63,539 nucleotides of DNA, filler included, from Choristocarpus tenellus KU-1152 (GCA_964200185.2; 9 parts of 9 records of this genome joined end to end with filler, not necessarily neighbours in it); one strand, 5' to 3'; shown: positions 37,481-51,899, counted from the first letter of the whole stretch. The notes: generated from the sequence alone by a model not told the origin. Numbers and translations: made by a program.

Positions 37481-38354
37481 ACAACCCCTGAACACCACCT
37501 TGGGCTTCATGCCTCTCGACTATGCGGTGGTGAGTTCCTGCTCCAACACCATCTAGGTGAAGAAGTGTTACCACACCTTCCTGTGGCAGCCCAAGTGTGG
37601 TAGTCTCCTGCAGGAAAGGATATGTGACACACTTGTGGGTGCTGTTGTGAAGAGATGCACTTGGATGGACCTCTGGAGGCAGAGGAAGGACGAGTGCACT
37701 TGACGATGGGCATTTAGAAAGTTCAGGTCTGGCCAGGGGAGGATATTCAACACAATCATCGAGGCCGTTGGGAGTAGTGATACTTGTATCCTCCTCTAGA
37801 GGCAGAGGAAGTGTAAGTGCCTGTGTTGGAGGACATGCAGGAGCTGCAGGGTCAACCACAGGAGGATAGCCTGAACAGCCACTGTTGGGAGTCACGGCAG
37901 GGCTGATGTCGGAAGGTAAGGGACAATTTATGGCCTGCTCTGGAGGTTCATAATATCCTGATGGAGCTTGAGGGTTCGCAGCAGGAGGATATGCTCCAGT
38001 TTCTGCAGACATCGTTGTTGGTTCTATGTCCATTTGAGAATTTTCATATACTCCATCATCATTTTCCTGTTTTCCTTCTCCAGATGGAGAACCCGATGAT
38101 GCAAGGGGGGGTGGGATTGGGGAAGTATCAGGCACCTGCTCCCTTGCACAACATCCCCTGCCCCTGTCCCTGCCTCTGCCCCTACCCCTACCTCTACCCC
38201 TACCCCTGCCCCTGCCCCTACGCCTATGGAAGCCTCTTCCCAGGCCCAGGCTGCGGTGTGGGACCCGGTTTCTTGACCTTCCTCTTATAGAGATCAACAT
38301 TGCTCCGAGTAGTACCGTAGCTACGATTATCACCAAAATGGCTTGCCTGGGCAT
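35640..38354 (-). pseudogene. Intronless repeat-protein frame (signal anchor, RG repeats, Pro-rich, acidic ~113-115-aa repeats) with two in-frame TAA stops
   Basis: ORFs 36834-38354, 35889-36812 and 35592-35807 share one frame; TAA at 36834-36836 and 35889-35891 replace E/D and Q codons of sister repeats. Confidence 0.7.
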
Positions 38355-39267
38355 TAGATGATGGGAGAAGAGGGATTAATCAAAGGAAGAGGTGGGATTT
38401 GCACTTACTGTATTCCACAAGAGAGAGACACCAAAGTGCCATATCCTATTCTACCATCCACAATACCCACGATATGTATAGTGAAATACATGGCCTAAGC
38501 AAAACAAATATTCATATAGTGGGAAAGGATCCAATATCTGATACTCTTGGGCATTATAGTTTTGATTTACTCCACAGATACCCCTCAACGCCAAATATGT
38601 CAAACCTTCTTCAGACATCATCCAAAGAAATGATCCACACAAAATAGAATCAAGAACATGGTGTGTTGTGTTTCGTCTGGTCTTGAATATTCCTGGTACA
38701 CAAAAGTGTACACAGAGACACAAATTGTGCACTAGGTTGGAGGAGGTGCTAAACAGTTGAGTGGATATAGAGACATGTACCTCAAGCAACAGAAAACGAA
38801 GATCACTTTGTGCACTGAATCCCTCTCTTGCACTACACAAATCCATCAACAATACGCTTTGCATTTGTGTTGAATTCATAAAGCCTTTGGGATGTGACAG
38901 GTATATTTGGAGCAAAAGCTGCTCCTCTCCGATGAGGACTAGGAATTGAAACATTTGAAGTGATATTGATCAATAGATTATCACTTATGATTCTGCTACT
39001 CGTCCAATTTGAAACAATATTTGTACTTTGACATATTAATCAAATTCTCAAACTATTTTCCAACATGTTTTCCTTTTTTGTGTATCATTGTTGCATTGGG
39101 TGTTTATGGTCGTGTAGGACCATATGCTACTGTGTAATGAAGGGGGAAGGGGCCACAGGCCACAGGTCATAGGCCACAGGGGAGTGGCAGGAGTTGTCCA
39201 ATGTCCTTCACGAGTCCGAATTATGCCACCATCAGGCAGAGCATGTACATGAAGCATTTCTTGCACA

Positions 39268-39535
39268 GAGTGAAAGTATCTTAGAGGGTACGAGTTTTGT
39301 CCCATTAGTCCATTTGGAGGTTTGCTTCTCACGGGTTTTCTTATGACATTTTCCTATTCCGAAATATATGAGGGTAGGTAAAATGTATACGGTATTGAGC
39401 AGGTATCATGCCTATGTCCGGAATAAGGACATTGACACTTCCTAACAAATACTAGCCAATATTACATCAAAATCACAACATTTGATTTTGGTCCCCCAAG
39501 TAGACGCGACTTTACCCTCTAAATTACTTTGGCTC
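39268..39535. mobile_element. MITE subfamily A
   Basis: GAGTGAAAGTATCT...AATTACTTTGGCTC; ACA/ACA TSD. Confidence 0.88.
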
Positions 39536-40046
39536 ACAGCCAAGTCTACCAATTGCATAATGCCTTGCTGGGTGGTGTAGAAAAACCATATTCATGGAAG
39601 GTATACGAATCTGTTTTCATATGCTTGGACTGGGGTGATGTATTGGTTCTGTCTTTCATAGCCACAACTCCTGTAGCAGTCTGGTAGCTTGGGTCAATCC
39701 AATTGAAGCATGAAGAGGCAAAGGTGTGTGAAGATGGAAAATATGTAACAAAGGGAGATCAAATGACAGCGCAAATATATGCCGGGGTAGGAGAGCATCA
39801 TCACCAGTTCTGTCAACAAGGGGAAGGAAGAAAATCTCAAACAATTGTGGGTGGAGCTAGTATTGTGCAGAATAATACAATGGTACAAGAATAATGATAG
39901 CTTTGCCGTACCCACAGGCCATAGGCATAGGCAGTGACAAGAACCGAGCAAATACTACTTCAAATAACCTACTTGCAGTATGTATAGTAGTAGTACTGAA
40001 TCAGTGGTGAAATCAAGATATCCGAGTCCTCATGTGTTGAACATCT

Positions 40047-40227
40047 GGCTCAAAGTATCTGGGAGGGGGTAGCGGCTGTTCATTTGGGGTCAATTTTGTT
40101 CATGTCGCTATTTTTGGGTGATTTGGTTGCATACGTCGGATGGATGCTGAAAAAATGCACTTTTCCTGATTTTGGTCCAAATGGACACCCTAGTGTAGAA
40201 CCCCCCCCCTCCCAGATACTTTGGGTC
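40047..40227. mobile_element. MITE subfamily D (~180 bp)
   Basis: GGCTCAAAGTATCTGGGAGGGGG...CCCCCTCCCAGATACTTTGGGTC; ATCT/ATCT TSD. Confidence 0.9.
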
Positions 40228-40424
40228 ATCTCACACGCAGTAATTCTTCAACATTCCAAATCTATGTACTACTCTAAGATATGCCAAACATACTACTATA
40301 TGATATTTGAATACACAAAAATTGAACAAATTATTCAAAGAATCTAACACACACACACATATAGATACATATTAATCCGAAATTTCTAGAACAAATAATA
40401 AGGATGTGATACTACATGGTACGA

Positions 40425-43065
40425 CTATTTGAAGGGGTGAACCTGGTAGCATCCGCAAAAGACAGCAAAGATAATGCAGTATATATGATTATGTATATAC
40501 CAGGTTAAATATGGCACGGCCCTCAGCACATAACACACCACCAACTTCTGTAGCTGACAGTAGGTGGAGGAGGAGGTAGCAGGTCTGTATGTAGAGAAGG
40601 AATATCCAGTAAGAGTAGATACCTGTGCTTCCCTCTTCCATGTTGGTGGTAAGCTCATGAAAATTCAAGAGCTGTCGTGTGCCCAAATATTTTAGTGTAC
40701 GCATATCTTGTTGTAGGGTTTGTTCAAATATTTGGAACATGTGATACTATGTTGTACTATAGAAAATGTGGAATTTTGCCATCACATGTCAAAAGGTTGG
40801 AATTCACCCAACAATCAGCACACCAAGCTCCTGTTCAGTCTCTGTTGAAAACCCATTTGTGTAAGGATATGGGATCTACACACAGGTACTCTCCTGTTCC
40901 CAAAACCTGTAGAAATGCAAAGCTCTAACCTACGTTTCGGTAGAGAACTACACCAATCAACTCCCCTCTTGTATGTTCAACCCTAGATACACTTGGCTCC
41001 GGAGGTGATCAAACCGCAGCACTTTATCTTCATAATCTGACGTTCTGAGAACTCTAGTGACCTTCACACTCCAATGCTGTACTCCAACACAAGGCATCTT
41101 GCAGGCTTATCTGTCAAGTATAGATGCATCACTTGGTGATGAAAGATCCTAGCCAAACGTGCGGAGAATGCATAGAGGAATATGGTACTTGTGTGAACTT
41201 GGTTGTTGTGGGCTCCATCTGCAGGGGATTGCTCACTTGTTGGAGGTGGAGACAGCTTGATCCTGGTGAAGATGATGCGCTGGATTTGTCATATCGATGG
41301 CGTTGATCACCTTTCGATTTTTCGTTGTTGATGTGGAAATGTGAGGAGGAAAGAGAGTGCAGTGACATGAGGAAAATCAGATGATGCAGTATGTGAGGTA
41401 ATTGAAGTCATGCCACATTGGGGGTACGGGAAACTTGACAAATCTTGACTGACAGCACTTGAGGTCTCTCTTCAGAACACCATCAAGACTGTCCATTGGC
41501 CACTGGGTGTGAGGGACATCACCCTGGCTAACCACACTATAAAATGTTTGCAGGGGGGGGGAGTGAAGATCCCAAGAGCGATAGTGGTAGTACAGTACTT
41601 CACAATAGTTGTTGATTGGAAAGAGAAGTCAAAATGAATGATTTGTAGGTCCAAGGTGCACCGAGGGCTAAGACAGTCAACACCTTGTCGTGTAAGACTA
41701 ACAAGAGAACGCAGTGAGGTGTAGGTAGTGGATGTGGTCTTGGCAGAGGTTCCTGCCTTATCCCCTCATAGGGTACTTCACTCCTGTATCATGGTTATGT
41801 GATAGAATGAACGAGAGAGTACTGGTTCCATCCACCAATGTTGAGGTGTAAACATAGCAGTTCTACCTACAGGGAATCTACCCTGTAAATTTTGGACAAA
41901 GGAAAAAGAGGAAATGAGCAATTCCAAAGGTGGTTGAAGACAGTAATGGGTGCAATCATAAATTGGGTCCACTTGTACATTACCCACCTCTCCCACATGT
42001 CTTGTCCTGTTCCGTTGAGGAGCACTATGCTGGTAAATTGGAGGTAGAGTATTGAAGGAGGGAAGAAAATGATAGGCACTCAGCAAGAGCTACAAGAGGA
42101 GTGAGTACTTCTTCCCTTCACAGTATACACTGTACTCTCTGAGTGTGCTCACCTCCTCTCCAGGGCACGTAGGTGGGTAGCAATGCAAGCCCGGGGGAGC
42201 CAATGCCCCCATGTCCAGGTAGTCCTCGTCCAAAGGCGGACCTTGCCTCCTCCACACAGCTTTCGATCCATCTGGGCAACTCCTGGTCTGGCATGGACAC
42301 CCGGGACTCGCACGGCACCACGTGCCCCGGATGGCACCCTTTGGTATCAGAGGTTCAAGGCAGATGGGATCGATCAGAGACATGGAAGGTGGCAGGACAT
42401 ATTCGGGAACGGTTGGCGTGCGGGCAACAGTACCAGGACAACGTTACATCCGTTCAACGAGCAGGGGCCTAAGGAACTTGGCGTCATTTCTACAATATTG
42501 AGTGGGAGCCAAGATAGATCTGGGTCACGAAATTCCGACAAACAGCCGAAGTATCCGATTGAGGTGATGGCGAAGACGGTCGCAGAACATTGGCGTCGTA
42601 AGGCAAGAGTTTCGAATTTCGCAGTATTCCAGAACTAGGAAAATACAGGAATATCTCGACAAGGTAAGTATTGCCCGTGTGTTACAGGCATAGGGCTCAC
42701 AAGTGATGAATATCGCTCAAGGCATGATATGTTGAAGATCTGGAAATGGTAGATGTCGTCAGCACTTTGTGTCTTGTGACTTCAATCGTTGAAGAGGGGT
42801 AAGGAAAGCATTGTCTTTGTTCGCTTCGATGAATTATGAATCGGGAGGAAGCTTCCCCGAGGACTCACAGCATGCATGTCTTCGCGAAGCACTAGAAAGA
42901 GGTTATCGCGTCTTTACCACAACAACAATGAATTGACACTCTCTCCCCTGCCCGGTTCCCTCTTTTCACTCCCTCACCCTCAATCTTCGCTTCACAGGGC
43001 CCATGGCACCAAGTGTTCCAAGTCTGCGGTGATGATATCGAACTCTGATTTCGTCCCCATCTGGT
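40425..43065 (-). CDS. Hypothetical gene with many small exons and short introns (model incomplete)
   Basis: Candidate exons RDNLFLVLREDMHA|TQSADDIYHFQIFNISCLERYSSL|FWNTAKFE.., ..LRALER|SIVLLNGTGQDMWE|RTAMFTPQHWWMEP, HWSVKVTRVLR.., ..AEGRAIFNL|VHPFK*. Several but not all junctions could be phased. Confidence 0.4.
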
Positions 43066-43976
43066 TGAGGGAGTCGTCTTGGCGGGCTCTAGAGCCCCTC
43101 CTTTGTCAATTGAACTCTTCTTGTCAGTCCTTTGTCAATTTTCATCAAAACCCTAACAGATCTTGAAACGCCTGTGTTTGCGAGAGCGACGCACGATCAT
43201 CGCGCGCACATATCGCGAATAATACATCAACTCTAAAATTGGTAGTAGTATTATATTATAAATAGTATTATATCCAACTAAAACATTACTTCAATTGGGA
43301 TTTAGGTGTATTCTGTTGGGATTCGATCAAGTTGGGTTTGTTGTTGGTTAGGACAAGGAATGAGAGGGCCTTTTACATGGAACCGACACGGAGGCCAACT
43401 TACAGATAGTCGAAATCACTAATCCGTCCAACCAACACTACCACTTGTTCACTTAGATAACTACTAAGTATTACGATGATGACCTTGACTGTTGAGTACT
43501 AATCCATCCTACCAAGACAACCACTTGTTCGCTTAGATAGCTATTAAGTATTACAACGATAACCTTGCTTTCAAGTAGATATCGATCCCAGGAGAAGCAG
43601 GAGTTAGTATTTCATGTGTACAGAGAGATACTTTAGGATCCACGATGGTGATGCACAATAACAATGATGCAGCTCCCTCACACGAGACTACTACGTGTGT
43701 TTCCAGAGATGCTTGGCATCGTTTTCTGGTAGGTTATTACCTTCAAATATTCCATACATCGGCCTGATCTTAACAACTACAAGTGGGTCATGATAGACAG
43801 TACAAAAATAATAGTAGGTGTTCCTTGGATCAAAACAAAATGAACGAAACTGCCTCAGAAGGGAGTTAACTATATCCTGACACAGAGGAGTAAAAAACAC
43901 GGTTTCCTCTTTGGTATTTGGGCACTACTACTATCGTTACGACGACTCCGTAATTTGCTGGTGAATGGATGACAAA

Positions 43977-44154
43977 GACTCAAAGTATCTGGGGTGTGTG
44001 TGGCGACTGTCCATTTCGGGTCAATATTTTTATGTCGCGATTTTTGTGTGATTTGATTGCACACGCCGGACGGATAACGTAAGTACACTTTTTCCTGGTT
44101 ATGGTCCAAATGGACACGCTGGTGTAGACCCTCCCCCCCCAGATACTTTGAGTC
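43977..44154. mobile_element. MITE subfamily D
   Basis: GACTCAAAGTATCTGGGG...CCCCAGATACTTTGAGTC perfect 18-bp TIR; AAA/AAA TSD. Confidence 0.92.
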
Positions 44155-47100
44155 AAAGTTTTGTACTGGGGTAGTGACATGGGTGCCAGCTCCACTGTTG
44201 TGTCACAATAAACTTGAAAGTGTACATCAGTCAAGTCTACCAAGAAAATCACAATTTGCATCACAGTTCATATAGTTGTGTTTATAGTGGAATATACATG
44301 CATATCCCAGACTGTGGCTGGTAGTGTGTGCCTGAAGGGTGTGCCAACACGTTGTTGGTCTCTTACACTTGTTAAGTATTAGTATAATTCAGCCTTACCC
44401 CCTCCCTCACTCCACACACATTGCTTTGAAGACAAGAGGGTGTCAGTGCAGATATTTGTGAAGTGCTACGCATTTCGCATCATAACTCCTGCCCACTACA
44501 CACACACAGAAAGACCAATCTCAAGCACATATTTGTTTGGGTTCTTTCTTGGGTGTAGCACATGCTTAACTGTATCCCCTGATGGTAGGGTCCCTCAATG
44601 GGACAGGCAAAGGCAGGGAGAGCAGGGCCCTGACTGACAATGGTGGCAACTGTGGTCGCTCTCGGGTGGCACATGGACCACCTTAGGAGATACCGACAAA
44701 GTGACCCCCATGGGTGAGGCAGGGATGACTGGAAGAGGAACATGGAGTTTGATATGGAAGGCGTTTTTGGCAGGTGTGATCTTAGTGATGTGGACAAAAA
44801 CCAGAGAGTTCACATGGTGGCATTGAGGGATGATTTTGATGTGCAGGTATTGGAGGGCTGGAAATTGGAAGGTAAAGGAGAACAGGAGACTTGAGGGACG
44901 TAGTGTTGTTGGTTGGCAACCACATTGGTAGGAACAACAGTCACGTTAGCAATCAGGGAAGTGGTGGAAGAGATTGTATCAGGTAAGATTGTGTATGAGA
45001 GCATGTGTGATATTGTTAGGAGGGAGTGAATGCCCATACTGCTCTCTCGTTCATGTTCGTTTTTGTTCCCACTTTGCTGTCCATGTGAGAGAGGAGTATG
45101 CGATAGGTATGGCGGTACTAGTGGATTGTACTTACCAGTCATGGTGGGGCTGGAGGCTTGGATCGATTTTCAACCCGTAGTTGGTATCCCCAGGTGATAA
45201 TCTACCCATCCCTTGAGTAGAACCGTAATGTGAGTTTAAGCTACAAATGTAGCTATATATTTTGTGTGTTTGGTACTGTATAGGGTTGTTGTGACTAATA
45301 CACTATTGTTGTTTGAGCATTCAAGGGGACATGAGGGATGGGGAGTAGGCTAAGGCATGATTTGGAACCTCTATACCCCAACAGCTGTCTTAGATGACTA
45401 CAACCTTCAGTGGTAGGTAGTTGTAATACCTTGTATTTGGTGCCATATATGTGTCGTGCTGTGTATAGAACACAACTCGAAGGAGGTGCTCTTACCAGGT
45501 CCTCATCCTGCCTGCTGTTGAGTCCCCATACAATACATAGAAAAGAGAATTCACTGTAGGTAGTTGATTGTCACCTAGTACATTAATAACAACAAATAGC
45601 GTGGCCATCATGAGACATGTTCAAATCTATCACACCCCTTCTCATCAGCCTACTCAATACACATACAAAATATGCATACACTACACCTTCACTGGTACAT
45701 GTGCACAATCTTTCACCTATTGCCAGGAGAGCTGTTGTGCCCTGGTGGTATTGATATGCGCCACATGGACCTCAACACAACTACCCTCTTGCACTACCCA
45801 GTCCCACAAAGTATTTTTCAACTTGAAGAACGAATATAATCTATATTTCATGTACCATCAACCCAAGGGCCCAGTCCACCTGATGGTGTGGATGTGCCAA
45901 AATATGGCATTGATCCCGGTGACATAAGAAGGTACAGTCAGGTTTGTGTTCTTTGCTTTGGGTGGGGGGTTGGGGTTGTGGGGCGTTGGGGCACTGAGGG
46001 GTGAAGGGTGGTGGGAAGGAAGGTGGGATATGGGTGAAAGCAAGGTTGTGGAAATATCTAGGCTTGGGGGTATGGTATAGGTAGGACATCAAGAATGAAA
46101 CAGGGGGCAAAGGGCTGACAAACAAGATTGGTAGAACAAACTGACAAAAGGTCGGCACACATACATGATGGAAAAACGAGGACCAGGGCAGTAAGGAGAG
46201 GTGGGAATGCAGTTGGAGGGGGGTTCATTGTTATCTGACAATTTTCAAATGATCCAAAATGTATCAATAATAAGAAATAGAAAAGTTTCTATCGATATTC
46301 TATTTCTATATACAAGAGTATGAAGAGTACATATGAAACAAACGTGTACACGCACCAAGTAGTCCATACCTCAGGACAGACAAGGCGACAGATAGAGAGA
46401 GTTGTCACAAACAGGCTGCAACTTGGTGCATTGTGCTTCATATATACACATTGAGGTGCAATGGTGAGCCAAAGGTCCATCACAACTCTGCATATCTTGG
46501 TACCACTTCCAACAATACCCACACACTCCTTGGCTAAGGTACAGTCCCATTTTAGAAAAAAGTACATACAAATAGAACAGTAAAAACACACTTTACAGTA
46601 ACAACTGCAACAAAGTCATCCAAGAAACAAAACACAGGGCAAAAGGAAAGAGGAGCAAAAAGGAAAAATCACAACTCACAAAATCAATCTCATCCCACTT
46701 CAGAGGGCTTCCCCTACCCAAAACATACAATACGCACGAATACATACGCCCACCTCTACTACATAAGCTACCTCGTGACAAACAGGTCTGAGACCTCACT
46801 ATATCTCTCAGGCTAGTCCAGAAAAATATACTAATATCAATACTGACAATACTAATACAACTACTGCTACCAATACTACAAATACTCACTATTGAACAGT
46901 AAATGCAATAATACTGACATCAAAAAGAATAATGCAATAAGAATAATAAACACAATCACTATCAATAGCACGGTATTTTATATCTCACCTTGTAGCCTGC
47001 AATTTGTCCCAAAATAGTCATTGCATGTGACTTGAAAGAGTCAAATCCATCACCAAGCAGAGAGCTTACACACAACATGAGAAAGAAATAGTAGAAGGTA

Positions 47101-48840
47101 CTCCTCATTCGCCTCGGCAACCTATGCAGACGCCAAACCACTATTGAACTCCTCCAGCTCTGCAAGCATCCTGACACACACCTCTTGATCCACCTCCTCT
47201 ACTTCTGTCAGTGTCATCGCGCAAGAAGGAAACTGAAGAAACCGTCACACAGGTGGAAGTAGCCAAAAAAAATGAAGGATTTCAAAGGTGGGAAATACAA
47301 TAATATATCAGGTTTGTAAATGTCATTCAAATTGTTCGCTGCTGAAAAGAGAATTTTTCACCAATGTTTCTAGAACAATAACACCACTATGAATTAGTGA
47401 TGGTATGGTAGGACATGGTACAGTTACCCTCCATCCATCAACACAAGCAAAAATACCTCTACAAGTGAGAAAAGCACACTAGGACCAACCAAGGGCACCA
47501 TTCTCAACCCCTCCAAACACACATACACACATCAGGTACACACTACACAAGAGGACAAACTTGACAAGGACACAGCAAACACTCAAGAGGGTTTGTACCC
47601 GGCAAACCCATAGAAATGGCCAAGGTGTGCTGCAGTGGGAAGGTTTCGTTGGAGACTGTGAGAATAGTCACATCAGTTGTTCAGTTGCAACTCTAGCAAT
47701 GCCTTTGTCTGTGCTTGTCAGAATGGGCACTGAGTTGTGCAGAAGGAACGTGTAAACATATACATGGACAGAATGTTGACTGAAGCAGGGTGAAGGACAT
47801 GGGGATTGGGGGGGGGGGTGGGGAGTACATAGAGTGGAGAGGGTGAAGTTGCTGGAATTCAAAAGCTACACAGTTTGCTGTGTTCCACTCCACATGCTGT
47901 ACAAGGTGGATGAACAACCAGCTAAGCCTTGTTCCAGCACCTACCACTAAAACACACGCATCCCGAACACAGACCCGATACACATGACACATCAAATTTG
48001 ACCCCAATACTGCCCTAAACTACCTGCTCTTTCAACAAATATTTTGCACTATTGACATGGACCACATGTAGGTTAGAGAGGTCTTCACCACATACATGAT
48101 AGCTGTGCTCTTCCCCAGACCCGCAGAAACACTGGTCGCAAAACAAATCACAGTCTCACCTCCTCCCCTCCAATGACCCTAGCATTGTCACGCTAGAAAT
48201 ATATGGGGCAGAAGGCCGGGTCTGAGTTGAAGCCTCGCACAACATCCGCAATCTGCTCCTGTTCATGAAAGGGAAACCCCCGCATGCCTCCTGTGACCTT
48301 GAGGAAGGCGGTAAGCTTGTACCAGTGGATGTCCTGTTCTCTTCCAGCCATCAAGTGACCGAATACAGGGGAGTGGGGTTGGGCATGGGTACCTTGCAGC
48401 TCAATGTTTGTTTTGTCTTCCGTCGCATTCTTGGAGAGAAACCCCCTTCAAGCTCACGGGATTCATCCATTCACACCGCCAAACACGGCATGCAACAACT
48501 CACGCCTATAGGGTGACCTCCCCTTCCCCTGAAACATTGTGCAGCTTTACCTATACCACCTTCATCGGCATCACGTTTGCCCAATATACATCTACTGGTG
48601 TGCGGTCAAGTTTTCTTATCATAGGTGGGGAAATATGTCAAATATCTTGCTCAAAATTGCGCCAAGCAGCATTCAAGGTGTTCGATAACACATCCCTGTA
48701 TCTTGCAGTAGTAATTGACACCAAATATCGCCCCTCTTGGTGAGCGCTGAAAGCACTTATGCCAGGCTTTATGCGATTAGTCCATCGGCCCCTCGTCTAC
48801 GAGTAGGGGGGTGGGAGGGTCTTGAAGAGCCGCGTGGGGC

Positions 48841-48882
48841 CCACCTACATAAGTGCATGCGCCACCTACATAAGTGCATGCG
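48841..48882 (+). repeat. Perfect 21-bp tandem duplication
   Basis: CCACCTACATAAGTGCATGCG x2. Confidence 0.95.
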
Positions 48883-51800
48883 ACTACCTCCACTTCTTGC
48901 ACCAGCGATCTGTCACATCGAGTTAGAGGTATCAACCAAGAGATCAAACGGAAAGCGCAAGGCTGGTGATGGTTCAAACATGGAGCTCGGATGTATCCTC
49001 TAGGTGTCATCGGTTCCCCAAAACTCACGCCAATCCTGTCCACCACGAGACGCTTCTACCTTACTCTGTTTAAAAGAAAATACTCATTTTCTAGTCACAA
49101 CGCTGTTGCTTCGGCTCGCTTGGTCTCGCCATGCACTGTACCTCATCCAACACAATTCACAGAAGACCAAAGTTGCATCTCCAAAGGGTACCACAGGTTG
49201 ATACTCTGGAGGATAGCTATGAACATGCACAATGCACAATGTGCTGAATTCAGACCACCCTAGTGTTGCGACTTGATCGGTGAAGGAATAAGATCCTCAC
49301 GGAAACACCAACCATGTGCGGAAGGTGAGGCAAGGTTCACTGGTGAAATTTGAACTACCTCAGTAACTATGTTGGTCCTTACCATGCCATGCTAGATCCG
49401 TAAAATGTGCATGGGGGCATGTCCTCGTGAAGCAGCAGAACAGGGTGCAACCAAGGGAAGAAGGAACCATCCTGCTACCAAGCACCTGGATCGAGCAGCG
49501 ACATGGACGCCGACCATGTCAGACGTGGTTGTTGGTAGGTGGCGTATATACCAAGTCTGTAAGAACAGTAGTTTTGTTTGTGAAATATCTCCATGTTTTG
49601 AAATTGATCCCTAACCCTAAAGGTACATCAACCTTACTTAACATTAGCGAACATGTCTCGCATCTACTACCCAGGCGAAAACACCTCTGTAGGTCTGTAA
49701 GTGCGCAGTGCATGTGTCGGTTTCCGTGGGGGACTATCTACCTCGCTGGCCTCAATCCAGATGCAGCCATGACCGACTGCTGCGTGTCTCACAAACTGTA
49801 ATTTTGCAATTACTGAAAGGTTTGGCTGCCCAATAACAAGGTGCTACCAAGCCTTGACTGTAGTTACCCAGGTTGTACAGGTCTGGGATGGCGGGGGCTT
49901 ATTGCATGCATACTCTTCATCTCCAAGTTGGCATTTGAATTTGAAAGCTCATGCAGCCCTGTTTGTGGTCGACGTTTCTTCCATGTGAACCGCAACGCCA
50001 ACTTCTCCCTAAGTTTTGACCTCTGAGAACATCCGTCACCTTGACCAAGGAAGGCGGTCTGTTATGGTGATCGCGGTATTTTTTCCTTAGGAGCGAGAGG
50101 ATGCGGTGAAAGGAGTCTAGACTGAGTCTGGCCTGTAGCGGCAAAGGCGAAATATGAAGCAGACGTGATTCATTTCCAGGAGAGGTGTCGGGAACGACTG
50201 CAACCGAGTCCAAGACCAAACCAGACTGCAGTCATTGTCCTGACGAGCGTCCTCTTCGATCAAGGAGTAGAGTTCAACATGAAGAGAGCGAGAGAGGGAA
50301 AATGGTAGACCTCGTTATGGGCATAGGGATCCTCTTCTTCTGCCCCATCCCCCCCTCCTCCACCCTCTCCCCTAACGCCCATTGGACCTGCAGGAACTAT
50401 CTCTCACCCTCCCCTCCTCCCGCTGGGTGGACATGAACGAGCTATCTATCCGCCGCCATCGCCTCCCTCCACCACTGTTGAGCCTCCTGGTGCAACCGAC
50501 GTAGTGGCTCCCATACCCCTCCAACTCTCTGAGGCAGCACCAACTACGCAGGTATTTGTGTGTAGTGAGACAATTTTACTCGGTTGACGTATGGGATGGC
50601 AGTGCCAACTTGTGGGATATTTTGATGGGGTAGATATTCAAGCTTGCTGTCCATTGGTGTAATGGAGGATCACAATACATTGCAAGACTAAGATTTACAG
50701 AGGGCTCATTTTGATACAGAGAATCTTGGGTATTAGCTGCACCAAAAGCAAAGGCCAAACCCACATCCCCTACATACCACCCCTAATGAAATCCTCAATG
50801 ACTTGTGAGGAGCATTGTAACTTTGCCCCATCACTGCTATACACTCAAGAGGGGAAATATGTAATGTTCAATATCTTCCATGTTACAGCAGAAGTATATT
50901 TGTTTTGTTTCCCCTTGCTGCTGCAGTACGAGCATTTCTTGACATGTTACACCACACAGAAGGAAACATATCACAGTGCGCACAAATACACCAGAACATA
51001 CACAGGATGCACAGCTGACAGGAGTGTTACTTGCCCCTGTGTGATACACCCACATATACGCATTCAATATTGGCTGACGATCTTCCAACCGCCTACATAT
51101 CTACTGCATACCTGCCTGTCATCCTCTTTTGAGCAGTGGAGATAGAAGAAACAGCAGCAGTGTGGCAGCTGAATATGTACCACCACCACAACCCCGTCCC
51201 CAGGGACCCCTCCCCCTTGCACCAGAAGGCAGCCAGGGGGGATATGTGAAGGATGAGGGGGTTGAGGGAGAGGGTTCAGAGGCAGGAGAGTTGGGTGAGG
51301 GAGGTGTAGTGTGTGAGATGGGAATGCCGTAAGGGAAGGTGAGAGTTGGAAGGGGAGGGAGGGGCAGGGTGTGGGGAGGTTGTTGGGTTTCACACATTTG
51401 AAGGGAGTGTTGTACTAGCAGACGGAGCAAATTGGTTGTTGATGTTAGAGTCCATGTATGCAGTGAAGTACTGGTAATGTTACATTTTACTCCTGGTGTA
51501 ATCATTTTTGGAGATGTTGACCCTTGGAGGGTGCAGGAAGGTGTGTTTTGCAAGCTGTTTGTCTGGTTTACTTGATCTCTACTGTTGTGCTGATTGTGGC
51601 ATTCAAATGGGATAATGCCCACTTCTTGTATAGTAGTGTTTTCTTTTGTCCCGGCTTGAGTCCTGCTTGTGGTATTTTCAATGCGGTCTTTGTATGGTGT
51701 GATACATTGGGCAGACATTTTGTGTGTGTGTTTGTGCGTATCTAATGTTGGTCCCTACCGAGGGAGATATAGAGCTTCACTACCTTAGTTATCTTTTCAT

Positions 51801-51899
51801 TCTCTTTGATGACAGCTAATGTAATATGCACAACAGCACACTAGACCGTCTTTCTCACCCTCACATGTTTGTTCTTAAACTTTTGACTATTTGCAGAAT

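Noticed and set aside
35640-38354. TAA reassignment or stop readthrough
   Set aside because: The two TAAs align to different residues (E/D and Q) in sister repeats and are simple point mutations; the conserved genes modelled here have no in-frame TAA.
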